Source: Styela clava
Lineage: Eukaryota
Direction: 5' to 3'
NCBI RefSeq assembly: GCF_964204865.1
Contig: NC_135256.1
Location: forward strand, 13,454,001 to 13,518,000
Length of the DNA stretch: 64,000 nucleotides
Under the pieces are notes generated by a model. The model saw only the letters and a program-made list of their open reading frames with translations. It was not told the origin of the DNA and did not search any database. Positions within the stretch are counted from its first letter, which is position 1. Each line of letters opens with the position of its first letter. The position numbers were made by a program, and so were the translations under genes. This document shows, in pieces, positions 52,921 through 64,000 of the stretch.

Positions 52921-53180
52921 CAGCTTGTAGTGTTCAAAATATACTGCCTTCTACATATGTTATACAGATCACTTTTTCATTCTTGATGTCCTGACTATCA
53001 ACCAAATATCTATTGGGTCAGCTTGTAGTGTTTAAGCCTTTTCTACATAAGTTATGCAGACCACTTTCTCTTTCTTGAGTCGGCTTATAAGGTGGGCTTT
53101 TGCTTTTAGTGTTCAGAATATACTGCACTGTATATACAAGTTATGCAAACCACTTCGACTTTCTCGATGCCATAATTATC
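52921..53180. repeat. Three diverged tandem copies of an 80-100 bp unit downstream of the ACTR8 stop
   Basis: GCTT(G/T)TAGTGTT..GTTAT(A/G)CA.A.CACTT at about 52923, 53021 and 53102. Confidence 0.7.
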
Positions 53181-53185
53181 TAGCC

Positions 53186-54032
53186 CAGCGGTGGGCAACC
53201 CCTGGCACGTGAGCCCGTTTATTCAGCACACGAAAGAGGCCTCAGAAACGAGATCATTCTCCGTTAGATAAAAAGTTTCGAGACTCTTAATTATCTGATG
53301 AAACTGTGTTCGTTTATTCATTATGTATCGCTTTTTTAACAATCCGTTCTTTAAACTCATTTTATGGCTACAAAGAAATATGTTATGACGTAACAAATAA
53401 ATGAGCTTTAGAGAAATTTTGTCGAGAACAAAGCAGCATTCTTTGGCTACTTTGTTACGTAATATGCCCTTTTTCTTCATTTGGTTAGAGTTACTTGCTA
53501 ACTTACTGTTATGAATGGATTTCGAAAGAAATATAAGCGATTAGGGAAGGGAATACAAGAGAGAAGTGCAGAAAACAAACCATTGCGAGATTGGGATGCC
53601 ATTCCCAAAAAATTTTCGTGTCTTATAAACTATGCAACTGCATTACTTTCCGTGTTTTTATCTACATATGCTTGTGAATATCTTGTTCCCAGTCATGAAC
53701 TTTATTAAGTCTCATAATAGGAGTAGCATGAAAGATGAAACCAGTAGTTCATGTACTCCTTTGAAAGTTACAAAATATAAACCCAATGTAAAATTTCTAT
53801 CAGTGGTAATGCAACAGCAGAAGTCTCACTGATATAGAATAAGCAAAGTAATCGAATCTATTCCGAATAGCAAATATGTCTGTAGGTCTACATGTTTAAA
53901 AGGTTTATTATTGTGTATTTTTGCTTTGAAAGTAGCAAAGCATTGTTTTTAATTTTGGTCGGCACGCGGGAGAATTTTATCGTTCAATTTAGCCGATTTG
54001 GCAAGCAAGCCGAAAAAGGTTGCCCACCCCTG
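53186..54032 (+). mobile_element. Internally deleted hAT element with a frameshifted transposase C-terminus (GTF2IRD2/EPM2AIP1/SPIN-like)
   Basis: TIRs CAGCGGTGGGCAACC / GGTTGCCCACCCCTG; TSD ATCTAGCC. Overlapping ORFs 53511-53832 give WDAIP..LLSVFLSTYACE / MNFIKSHNRSSMKDE..KYKPNV..QQQKSH*. Confidence 0.9.
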
Positions 54033-54319
54033 ATCTAGCCAAATAGCTATTGCCAGGCTCTGAGCAAAACATGGGCACGATCTGTTTCTTTCACTATTGC
54101 TGACATCTCGATTCCTCACAACAACAAAAAAGACCAATATTATACAGTTGCACCATCCGGCAAGAAGACTTATATATAATATAAGACACAATAAAATAAA
54201 GCAGTCACTGCATAAATCTGGACTTCACATTCATTAGCATATAATATTCCATTTCCTGTTCTATGTAAGGTAGACGAAAATTCTTCTTTTCTCGTGCCCA
54301 AATGGCAATGAAGATATTT

Positions 54320-55696
54320 TTATTTTTGCTTCTTCTTGCTTCCCTTTTGTTGTTGTTGTTGGGATTGTGAAGATTCCATCTCTGGTTGAGGCTTCTGCCA
54401 CTTGATCGGATTTCTCCTATACATGGGCCAAGGTGGCAATGTTAACTGAAATAAAAAACTTTAGATGAATTATCAAATCTATATGATGGAAGGAACTTAT
54501 TTGTGTACAACGGTAGGAGTCCTGGTAAATTCTGTAACAGCGTTGAGAATTAATATGCTTCTCATTGACAATAAAGACTTTATCTTGCAGTGATCGACAT
54601 TAAAACTGCCTATTTAGAGGTATTGATGCACAGGCTGCACTTGATTGATTAAACTTTTTCACCCAATTTAATGTGTAAAATACATGGAAAATTTTTCTGG
54701 TAGATAGCATAAATTTGATATACATTTACATATATACATTTACATAAGATTCCTTTGATACATGATGTTCAGCAAGGGTTCTTAGTTTTCCATTCGGGCC
54801 GTACTAAATTTTTTACACCCATTTGCACATATGTACTCATGTGCACAATCATACCAGGCTGTACTATTTTATTTTAGCTTATTTCCTCTTACCAAACATC
54901 CCAGGGCACACCCAGCTGCCAGTATGTACATCATATACGACATCTGTTGAAACATGTATCCCACAATAAAGCCGATGACCTGCAAAACAAACCAAATGTC
55001 ACTCGTGCATATAAGCATTGGATTTTCCATTATCTTGACAATGCTGTAAGAACTGAACCTCTCGTCCGGTTACTCAATAAAGAATGTAAATTTTCAACTA
55101 CTTAAACATGGTGGATTGGGCATCAACTAAATAAGAAGTTAAACAACTTTACGCCATCAAATTCAGCAATCTTATTGCGTATGTATGATCATGCTCCTTC
55201 GAATTTGACTCTTTGTGGGGTCAAATTATTATTGTGTGGGTACGTATCCAAGCAGTTGAGATTAATAAAATGAAAGTGCTTTCAGAAAATACTCACTCCA
55301 AATGTCACTGCAAGAACCTGGAACAGTTGTTCGGACAGTTTTTGTCCTTGATAATCCTGAAAGCAAATATATATTGTAAATGGAAATACATTAAAGCTTT
55401 ATATAAGTCTGCACTCAAATCAATGGCTGAGTGGATTATGATCTCTGAATTTGGGAAGCTTTGATGAAAAATAGCTGTATCTGTGTAGCCTATACCTACT
55501 CCCACATTCTGACATTACCATAACTCTTCTGGCATGTTGTACACACACAGACACACTCAATAACCAGATGATTTACCTTCCATGAGTTATTGTCATACAT
55601 AACTTAATCCATTAACAAATTCCTCATTTTACTTACAAGTGAAATATTAAATATGGGACTTACCATATGTGTCGGAATGCTGTCGAATAATCCCAT
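54320..55696 (-). CDS. SPCS1: Signal peptidase complex subunit 1 (SPC12); exons about 55696-55664, 55356-55297, 54979-54893, 54445-54320
   Basis: Spliced MGLFDSIPTHM|DYQGQKLSEQLFQVLAVTFG|VIGFIVGYMFQQMSYMMYILAAGCALGCL|LTLPPWPMYRRNPIKWQ.. matches SPCS1 (MDYKGQKLAEQ, LTLPPWPIYRR). Missed by the ORF track. Confidence 0.93.
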
Positions 55697-55699
55697 TTT

Positions 55700-56683
55700 G
55701 AATGTTATTTCTAATCTAATTCACGAATACGGACTAAAAATGATTTAAAAAAGAATAAGAGTAAACACGTCGTATCATACCGTATATATTTGCGCGCACT
55801 ACTGCACTACTAAAGTAAAACAAGGCGCTTCAACCCTACGAACGCAAATAACAAACTTGCTTCCACAGTTTCCAGGTTTCAGACATGAGGCACACATCAT
55901 ACATGCATAAATCTTTAAAGTCTGGAATATGATTGACAGTTCGACCATCAATGTACGCATTGGAACTTTGTCAAAAAATATTAGGAAAATGCGTTTTTAG
56001 ATCTGTAAATGAAGCGAATTTTGTGCAAAAAAAAATATTTCAGGATGTAAATTTGATTTTTAATATTTTTTCCTATATTATTTCCACAAATTGGTATTTG
56101 TCACAATTTTTTTAGCGAATTTCTGGCAACAGATGTGTAATGGCCACGTTCGCCTCAAATCTGAATACTGTACTGTTAGTGGCTTAATCGGTACTTTACC
56201 AAAACGTTTTTCTGGCGTATTATACGTTTTTAATTTTTTCATATTTTTAATATAGTTGGTGTCAAAACACTTTATACAAGTACGGGCACATCTGAATGAT
56301 TATTTGCATGGATGATTAGTACTGTACCTCTTCACACAAACCATTAATTTAAAAATTCCGTCGAAAAGACACAGCGATTGCCCTACATTCTTCATATAAT
56401 TATTCTGTCGTATCGAATCTTATTTATCCATTTGCCTAAATAAATACTCTCCCTGAACTGCGTTGGGGTTGCAATGTAGTGTATGTCTACCAGTAAATTT
56501 GATCTTTGACCGTGATATATACTCTTTGACACAGTCACGTGATCGAGAGGAGTACTGAAGAACAGCAACAAATTCCAAGTCGATCGCTAGGTGTTGTGAG
56601 TTCGTCGCTGTCTTCAAGGTTTCGTGTGATTCGTTTTTGGTAATGATGTAAACGTTGTATCTCTTCGGACATTCAAGAGAAAC
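55700..56683. promoter_or_regulatory. Divergent SPCS1/NDUFS7 promoter region
   Basis: Head-to-head start codons about 1 kb apart; CpG retained; E-box GTCACGTGA at about 56534. Confidence 0.55.
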
Positions 56684-58304
56684 ATGGCTTCACTAATACG
56701 ACATTCATCATTTTGGGGAGTTTCTCGGTGGTTTAGTTCAAGGGTTTGCGCAAGAACGTTGCATGTGAATCACACAGCGGAAACTGACAAAAAGCCTTCA
56801 GTAACCGAACCTTCCCAAGCAGCGCAGCCGTTACGACAAGAAATTTCAAAGTTGATGCATGCACCAGACAGAGCTGAATATTTTACAGCTAGGGTTGATG
56901 ATCTTATTGGTCACATCCGTTCCAACACATTATGGCCTATGACTTTTGGACTAGCCTGCTGTGCTGTGGAGATGATGCATTTTGCTGCCCCAAGGTGAAT
57001 CTTTGTTTTAAACAAATAATTGTTTTCTTACACCAGTGTATAAATCCAATACTTTTCGATGAATAATGTAAAATTCGACATATAATTATGATTGTTGTAG
57101 TCCTTTTTCGTTTCTAGATTCGCCACCTTAGCCTTTCAACATTTCTCGTTGTATTACTTTCTAACACATTTGTTGAAAAAAATGATGCAAGACTATTATG
57201 TTTTATATATTTTGGGATGTTTCAGACTTGAAAGTAATTGTATATGATACAGGCCTAACAGTATAAATGCAACGGAAATACCTATCTTGGTATTGTTGTT
57301 GATTTGATAGGCGCGGTGGTGTGGCTCAACGGGCTAAGCGTTAGGAATACGCTCGCCACCGCACCTCTAATTACTCTGCATGGGTTCGCAGGTTCGAATC
57401 CCATGCAGGGATGGTTATGTGCGAGAGGATTGCTGGACTCCTCGCCGTCGTTGGGTGGTTCACGTAACCGCTGGTCGGTTACGGCTTCCTCCACCACCAA
57501 GTCCATGCTTCCGAAAACAAACAATATAACTAATCCCATACCCGACTTGGAATGGTAACCGGACGAGAGGCCGTGGTTCGCCATATGGATAAGCCGTCTT
57601 ATCGGCTTTCCTCTCCCCTGGGATAAATATGTAAATCCTATCCTATCCTATTTTCAAAAGAAGACTGTACAAATAAGTGTGACTGTGTACTGTATCTATA
57701 TACAGATATAATGGATTGACTCGATTAAAACCATTTTCAACATTATGTTTATGAAAATGAAGTTTTCTTCAAGACATTCACAAATTAGAATCTGCTTGAC
57801 GTTGATGAATACTAAATAACCAAAATTACATTCCGCCCAATTTGTGTATTGTCTGTTCTATTAATCAATTTGTATTTCAGGTACGACATGGATCGATTCG
57901 GTGTTGTATTTAGAGCAAGCCCTCGCCAAGTTGATCTTATGATTGTGGCTGGAACTTTAACAAATAAGATGGCACCTGCATTACGCATGGTATATGATCA
58001 AATGCCTGATCCCAAATGGGTACTATCGATGGGAAGTTGTGCCAATGGTGGAGGGTATTATCATTACGCTTATTCTGTTGTAAGGGGTTGTGATAGAATC
58101 GTGCCAGTAGATATTTACGTTCCCGGATGTCCACCAAGTGCGGAAGCCCTTCTATACGGAATTCTTCAACTGCAGAAGAAAATTAAAAGAACAAGAAATG
58201 TCTCGAGATGGTATCGTAGTAGGCGTCCCTACATCAAAACTCGTACAGAAATGCTTGAGAAAGTTACTTCGGACAGCTCAACTGGAGAAGTTGTCAAACA
58301 ATAA
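56684..58304 (+). CDS. NDUFS7: NADH dehydrogenase Fe-S protein 7 (PSST); exons 56684-56994 and 57881-58304
   Basis: [20 protein letters not shown]|[51 protein letters not shown]. Confidence 0.97.
57310..57650 (+). mobile_element. Full-length tRNA-derived (Pol III) SINE, best-preserved copy
   Basis: A-box-like TGGCTCAACGGG, B-box GGTTCGAATCC, conserved body and (ATCCT)n tail; about 12 dispersed copies or fragments in the window. Confidence 0.9.
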
Positions 58305-58909
58305 AAAATATCATTTTGTGCTCTTGCTTTGTTCAAAATTATCTCACTCTAATATTTCTTTTATGTCCATTAAAAAGTTGAATCTAAATCTTAACCATGG
58401 ACTTGTTGAAATTACACTTATAGATGAAATTAACAGCCGGATTGAAGTTAGTTGCAGTATAGATTTATAGAAGTATTCTCATTCTCAGGGTTCAGCTTGT
58501 AAGCCAGGCATGATTTACTTTTTGTGGGCGAAAGCTACATATATATGATCTGTGATGGATTGTTAACAATGTTCCTACGCTGCAAATTCATTCATTTGTG
58601 ACATATCTAGTTTTGCATTCAAACTGTGAAAGCAGCAAGAGATGACCTCAGGATGGTTTAAAATAATTGCTTCTCTACTAATAATATTTAATTTGGGTTT
58701 CATCAGTATATTGCAGCAAATCAAACAACTACTTAGAAATGCAAAAGACTTTACTCTGTGCCTGCCTGGCTCATTCTAATCTAAGCAATAGTGTCTGCTC
58801 TTGGATTATTTCTAGTATGGATTGCAACAGCAGCATCTCTATTGCAATAGCTAAATGCTTGTTGCACATGGCATGATTGTTTAATTTAGTTAAAACGGTC
58901 TGTTGTAAG

Positions 58910-60435
58910 CAGGGCTGGGGCGCCGGAGCTGGAGTCGGAGTTGGAGCCAAGCTTTTCATAACAGATGGAGCTGGAGTCGGAGCCGGAGCTACCAAAAATT
59001 TAGTGGCTCCAGGCTCCAGCTCCTAAATATCTCATTTTTTGTTTTTCAAATTTATAATTTTTTTCTGATAGCGTTACAAATGATAAAATCTTTTCTTTTC
59101 AGCTTATAATTCATTTTAAAAATTTTAGTTCCTAATATTTTTTGAAAAGTTTCCAGTTATTCTGTATGTTTGAAAGTTTAGTATCAAAATTTGAAGCGGT
59201 TCGCTTTTATCAAAATCTTGATTCTCATTTCCACTAAGCTGCAATTTTTCATGATTGCGGTCAAGCTCAAAAACCCTAATGGCCAGGGATTTTCGAAGAA
59301 GTGATTTTGGAATTTCCATGTAACATATTATGATTTTTTCGTGGCGTTGAATATCCAATCCATTTCAAATGTCTTCAATTCTGTTCAACGTATCTCGAGA
59401 TTGAGTCGTTTCACGACAAAAGAAAGGTTTAGCTACTCCAAAATGCACCGCAGCAGTCACCTATCATAAAAATGTATGGCAAAGTGCCCCATTACGGTAT
59501 ATCTTGTTTTGATCCATAACATAGCATGTTCTGGAGAAAAGTCTCATCAATTTCCGTTGTTATTTTTTGAATATATAAAAAGTATATCGCGAGTAAGATT
59601 GATTGCGTTTAGATTTATTTTAGTGACTGTATAATTTTCAAAGTCAACCGGTAAATAATATGTCGTAGGCAAAAAAAATAATGAGATTAACAAGGCATTT
59701 TTTTTTAGCTGTTGGGAGTCTCCGAGAACAAAGTTTATAGTGTTTTCCGTTTCATTTTAGTATCTTATAATAACTCACCATATTTGTGAGAAAACGAGTT
59801 ATTACATAATCATCGGTGATGAAATTCTAAGATAAATAAAGAAGTCAATACGCAAACCAAATTTTCCTGATTAAAAAGCGACATTAGAAAATACTAAAAA
59901 TAAAACAGAAAACACCATAAGTTTTGCTTTAGAATGGCCCACGACAGATTTTATTTGGCTGCATGATTGCCAGTTATGTTGAACACAATTAAATTAAAAT
60001 AAAAAGACAGTTATTATGGGTTAAATATTATGTGGTAGAAAAAGTCATTATGAGCTATTTTACCGAATGCGCAAACGCTGCGACCATTCCAGAAGCCGAT
60101 TTTCCTTCCCGTCTTATTGTGGGGTTATATGTAAAACCCTTATATGCGGGGTAGACCGATTCGCCCGGAAATACACCATATAATAACTCTCAGTGGATTC
60201 ACAAGTTACATGCAGGAACAAAAAGGAATTATCATGACACCGACTTGAAGGGTGTTTACAGCCAAAATAACATGCCACACTTAGAAAACAATTAGCAAAA
60301 TGCGTTATTGGGCTGCACTGCCAGCTCCGGCATTAAAAAAATGAAGCTCCGGAGCCGGAGTTGGAGCTAAAGATTGAATACACTGCGACGCTGGAGCCGG
60401 AGCCATCATGATTTCGAACCAGCTCCCCAGCCCTG
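58910..60435. mobile_element. Non-autonomous hAT element, 1.5 kb, with GGAGCC/GGAGTC subterminal hexamer arrays
   Basis: TIRs CAGGGCTGGGG / CCCCAGCCCTG; TSD GTTGTAAG at 58902-58909 and 60436-60443. Confidence 0.92.
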
Positions 60436-60709
60436 GTTGTAAGAAACCCCATTGGTTCGGGTAACATTTTGTGATAAATTAATGTCTGCTGTCAACTAGA
60501 TTTTTTTTTATACATTGTTCGTAAAAAACATGTCACAAGTACAACACATTGAATTAAACATTTACAATCATGCTACAAAAAATACATTAACTAACAAATA
60601 TAAGTACAACAGAGTGATAGCTAGATAATGTATGGGGGAACAGAAAGAACAAATGGGAATTTCATCCATCCAATGATTGAAAAATATTAGACAAATGAAG
60701 TAATAAATA

Positions 60710-62125
60710 TTACGACTTGAACAATGGCAGCACAATTTCATCCCAATTTTTCGACCAAGTTGATTGACGAAACATTTTCAAATTATTTCTCATATTTGTT
60801 AAAGTTTGTTGGTTTCGAGGAAAGCCGTCTAGCAGTTCACATAGCTGATCATGCAGAGTATTTTCATTGTTAAAAATTACACCATTTATGTTGTCTTGCA
60901 CCAACTCCTCAAGACAGTTAAACCCTATTGCAGCAACTGGCACACCACAACCGAACATGTCTACGACTTTCATTGGCAAGTCAAGGCCACTGGATGAAGT
61001 ATGTAGGCATACTCCAAGATCAGCACTCCCAATTAATAAGGGATAATCTTCTGCTGTCAACCATGGTGTGACTATTTGAACGTGTTTCCAGTCAATTTTA
61101 CTAATTTCATTCAAATAATATTTCTTCATCGGCCCTTTGCCAGTGATAGCACATATAACATCCGGTAAATTTTCATTATTCAATTTTGTTTTATCGTACA
61201 TTTTTAGAGCATTTAGTAATATGGAAAAATCTTCATCTTCTGTCCAACTTGTACTGCTTACGATGAAAGCAGGACGATTATCTCTTGCTGTGACACTCCC
61301 ATCTTTTGAAATAGTACAAAATGTGCTATCGTCATTAGGGCTAAAACCAAACTCAGGATATTCATGTTTCAATTTTGAGAAAAGATCATGCTTCTCATTG
61401 ATACTCAATGGCTTGAAGATTTCAGGTGGTCTATCATAAAGTACAATGGCATGTATGTGCCAGTTATCCTCCAGGTCTTTCTGCATTGCTTTGGTGACAC
61501 ATATATCACTATACACCAGCTGACCAACAACTTTTTCATACCAATGTGCCAGTCTGACCAATTTATGATTTTTTCCCAAACTCATACCAAGTATAGTATA
61601 ACCATAATTATGCCAGTCAATGATGACTTTGCTGCCGTTAAAAATCCCAAATAGCCAGCATATGAACATACAAGGGATGCAGGGCGGATTTTGCATGAAA
61701 ATATATTCAGATGCACCAACTTTAAAGAGCAGCTTTGTGCTGAGTATTAAAGACTGCATAATCACTTTAACGAAGTAGGCAAATAATCGAGGAAAGTAAT
61801 TAGAAAAAGTATCTTTTGTGAGGCTATGTAATACAATTCGTTTGCTGTCTAGAATCTTTTGACTCGGGGTTGAGTCACCATAACCAACAATGTCCACATG
61901 AAAACCATGTTTTTCTAATGACAAAGCATGATATTGCATTCGTGGACTTCGTCCTATATCACCAAGAACAACAACTGTAACTTTTGACATTTTCTTGCTT
62001 GAAACTTGCCATCTGCGACATAAGATAACAATGATAAATAATAGAAGTATACGACACAGGAAGGTGATAGGCACCAGAATGAATGTATTTATACTCGAGA
62101 GTAGATAATGTGTTGTCGGATCCAT
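60710..62125 (-). CDS. ALG1: Chitobiosyldiphosphodolichol beta-mannosyltransferase, intronless CDS
   Basis: N-terminal TM segment, VVLGDIGRSPRMQYHALSL, QNPP, IIDWHNYGYT, VSSTSWTEDEDF and ADLGVCLHTSSSGLDLPMKVVDMFG. First ATG is at 62125 (the ORF track starts at a GTG). Confidence 0.97.
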   Translation of the reverse strand: MDPTTHYLLSSINTFILVPITFLCRILLLFIIVILCRRWQVSSKKMSKVTVVVLGDIGRSPRMQYHALSLEKHGFHVDIVGYGDSTPSQKILDSKRIVLHSLTKDTFSNYFPRLFAYFVKVIMQSLILSTKLLFKVGASEYIFMQNPPCIPCMFICWLFGIFNGSKVIIDWHNYGYTILGMSLGKNHKLVRLAHWYEKVVGQLVYSDICVTKAMQKDLEDNWHIHAIVLYDRPPEIFKPLSINEKHDLFSKLKHEYPEFGFSPNDDSTFCTISKDGSVTARDNRPAFIVSSTSWTEDEDFSILLNALKMYDKTKLNNENLPDVICAITGKGPMKKYYLNEISKIDWKHVQIVTPWLTAEDYPLLIGSADLGVCLHTSSSGLDLPMKVVDMFGCGVPVAAIGFNCLEELVQDNINGVIFNNENTLHDQLCELLDGFPRNQQTLTNMRNNLKMFRQSTWSKNWDEIVLPLFKS

Positions 62126-62924
62126 TTTACAAATGATTCTGCACACTATACAGTTAGGCCTATATCTGTATATGGAATTAATGAGGCAATTTTAACTGTA
62201 AAGAAAATAAATAATAGAGAGGAGATAACCAATACCTGAATACTGCAATAGAGACCAGCAGGTGGTTAGATTATCGTATCTTTGAAATTCTGATTTATTA
62301 TAAATGGGGGGTAAAGGGAATACCGGTACCGGTACCGTCTCACATTAGTCTGTCATTTTAGTTACATAGATAACGTTAGTCTATCATAAATGGAAAAAGA
62401 GGTGGCGGATACCTGGATAGGGTTTACATATTTATCAATAGGAAAGGAAAGCCGATAAGACGGCTTAACCATATAGCGAACCCACGCAGAGTACCGTAAT
62501 CCAGTAATCTGAGGTTCAGTGGCAAACATATTTGGTATTCCTAACGCTTAGCACAATGAGCCAAACGCCTCCTCTAGGTGGTTCGGTACTTACAGGCTTA
62601 GGAAAGAGTCAGACAGGCGACAGGAAGTAGGACAAGACTATTTCTAATGACTTGCTCAATTCTACATCAACTACTGTACCGGTACGTACCACATTATTTA
62701 CGCTTTGTACTACATGACAAAAGGCTGACTGTGGACTAGTGAACCACCTGACTAGATTACTATATTTTGCTGCTTTTGCCCGACAGCTCAGATCCATTGA
62801 GGTGTATATAGACTATATGCTATAACACGAATTCTACAAACAAAACCGACCTTTGACCCCCGAAAATTTTCCTTCTATGAACCTTTCCCCAACCTCTGAC
62901 CCACGGAAAATTTTTGGGGCTATG

Positions 62925-63670
62925 AGTTGGCGCCTGTAAAATGGGGCATTTGTTTCAAACCATCATTAGGATTCATCGCACAAAATATTCTGTTTGTTAA
63001 AAGTACCGGTAAATAGAGCCCAAAAACGCGAAAACGAGGTAATGTTTACGACCACTCTTGAAAATCTGTCTGAGTGAGGACAGTGTCTGAGCGGATGCAA
63101 AAAGGGAGCATTGTAACGTCATTTTTTCCATCTTGCTGATTGGCCAATGTCACGAAGTAAACAAGGAAGTCGATGCTCGGGGAAAGCTCCATACTTTACT
63201 ATTATAAAATTTTCGGGGCTTATTTTAAGAGTGGTAGCGTGAGTTGGCGCCTGTAAAATAGGATATTTGTTCTAAAGTCTAAACCATCATTATAATTCAT
63301 TGCATACAATAAACTGTTTTTTCAAAAATACTGGTAAAAAATTTCAGCCTAGTCTATCACAGCTATTTCTACACTATTTTTTTTATTACTGCAAAACTCA
63401 TAGGAAGACAAAGTGATCATTGAATTATCTGATTTATAATTAAATTTCCGAAACAAAACTGAAAACTAACGAATAGCGTTCAAAAACGCAAAAACGAGGT
63501 AATGTTTACGACCACGCTTGAAAATCTGTCTGAGCGTAAATATATACTACTACCATGAGAGAGAAAAGTGTCTGAGCGGATGCAAAAAAGGGGCGTTGTT
63601 ACGGCACATTTTGCATCTTGCTGATGGGCCAATGTCGGGAAGTAAACAAGGAAGTCGATGCTCGGGGAAA
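62925..63670. repeat. Diverged direct duplication (about 62925-63185 and 63241-63670) upstream of ALG1, with promoter-like motifs
   Basis: GAGTTGGCGCCTGTAAAAT..AAAACGAGGTAATGTTTACGACCAC..GCCAATGTC..GAAGTAAACAAGGAAGTCGATGCTCGGGGAAA is present twice. Confidence 0.85.
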
Positions 63671-64000
63671 AACACATAAACTAGTTAGATGTCAAAAACA
63701 TTCTTTTGTATTTGAAATATTCAACTAACCAATATTTAGAAGTAATAATAATAACCAATTTATGCTTTCACAGGTTTTTCGGAACTGACTTTTGTTCGCC
63801 ACAAAAGAAATAAGATTAACATATTTATCCCGGAGGAGTAAAAAAACGATAGGACGACTTAATCATTTGGCGAACCACGCCTAAATTCATTAGCGTACGG
63901 TATGTATAAAATAAAATACTGAATACTGACAAATAGCACTCGAAATCACGAAACCATGTCTGAAATCTCTCCGCCCGTCAATATTGTCCGATGATAATAT

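Noticed and set aside
41800-56000. SELENOK or IL17RB, expected from human synteny
   Set aside because: No matching exons or SECIS-like element were found by eye.
57310-57412. tRNA gene
   Set aside because: A and B boxes are present but there is no cloverleaf or acceptor stem. It continues into a repeated body and tail, so it is a SINE head.
57430-57500. HDV-like ribozyme in the SINE (GAC-TCCTCGCC-GTC resembles P3/L3, followed by 7 nt + GG and a P4-like hairpin)
   Set aside because: There is no convincing P2 3' strand or catalytic C-R-A junction after the hairpin, P1 pairing is poor, and a simple alternative hairpin explains the motif. A descriptor search on the family consensus would settle it.

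Overview
AT-rich animal genomic DNA with short to medium GT-AG introns. The style resembles an ascidian (tunicate), but the taxon is an inference. I spliced the genes by hand. Left to right: a 195-bp satellite array (1-1780); MRPS25 (+); a degenerate, cap-less HAD-hydrolase gene (HAD-C, -); a CpG-rich stretch with a probable decayed + strand gene (about 11.8-15.3 kb); choline dehydrogenase CHDH (-, 12 coding exons); two tandem paralogous HAD phosphatase genes with intact motifs (HAD-B and HAD-A, -); a 2.9-kb long-TIR DNA transposon between the divergent HAD-A and ACTR8 5' ends; ACTR8 (+); SPCS1 (-); NDUFS7 (+); and an intronless ALG1 CDS (-). Introns and intergenic DNA carry many hAT-type MITEs with 8-bp TSDs, a foldback element, a small hairpin MITE family, a DINE/Helentron-like element and about 12 copies of one Pol III SINE. 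The most interesting structure is the co-oriented HAD-A > HAD-B > CHDH > HAD-C cluster. All four products have presequence-like N-termini, so this is a candidate mitochondrial phosphatase plus choline-oxidation (glycine betaine) module, possibly a split or alternatively spliced HAD-CHDH fusion, with a pseudoenzyme member. Exon boundaries were read by eye and may be off by a few bases. No database searches were run.
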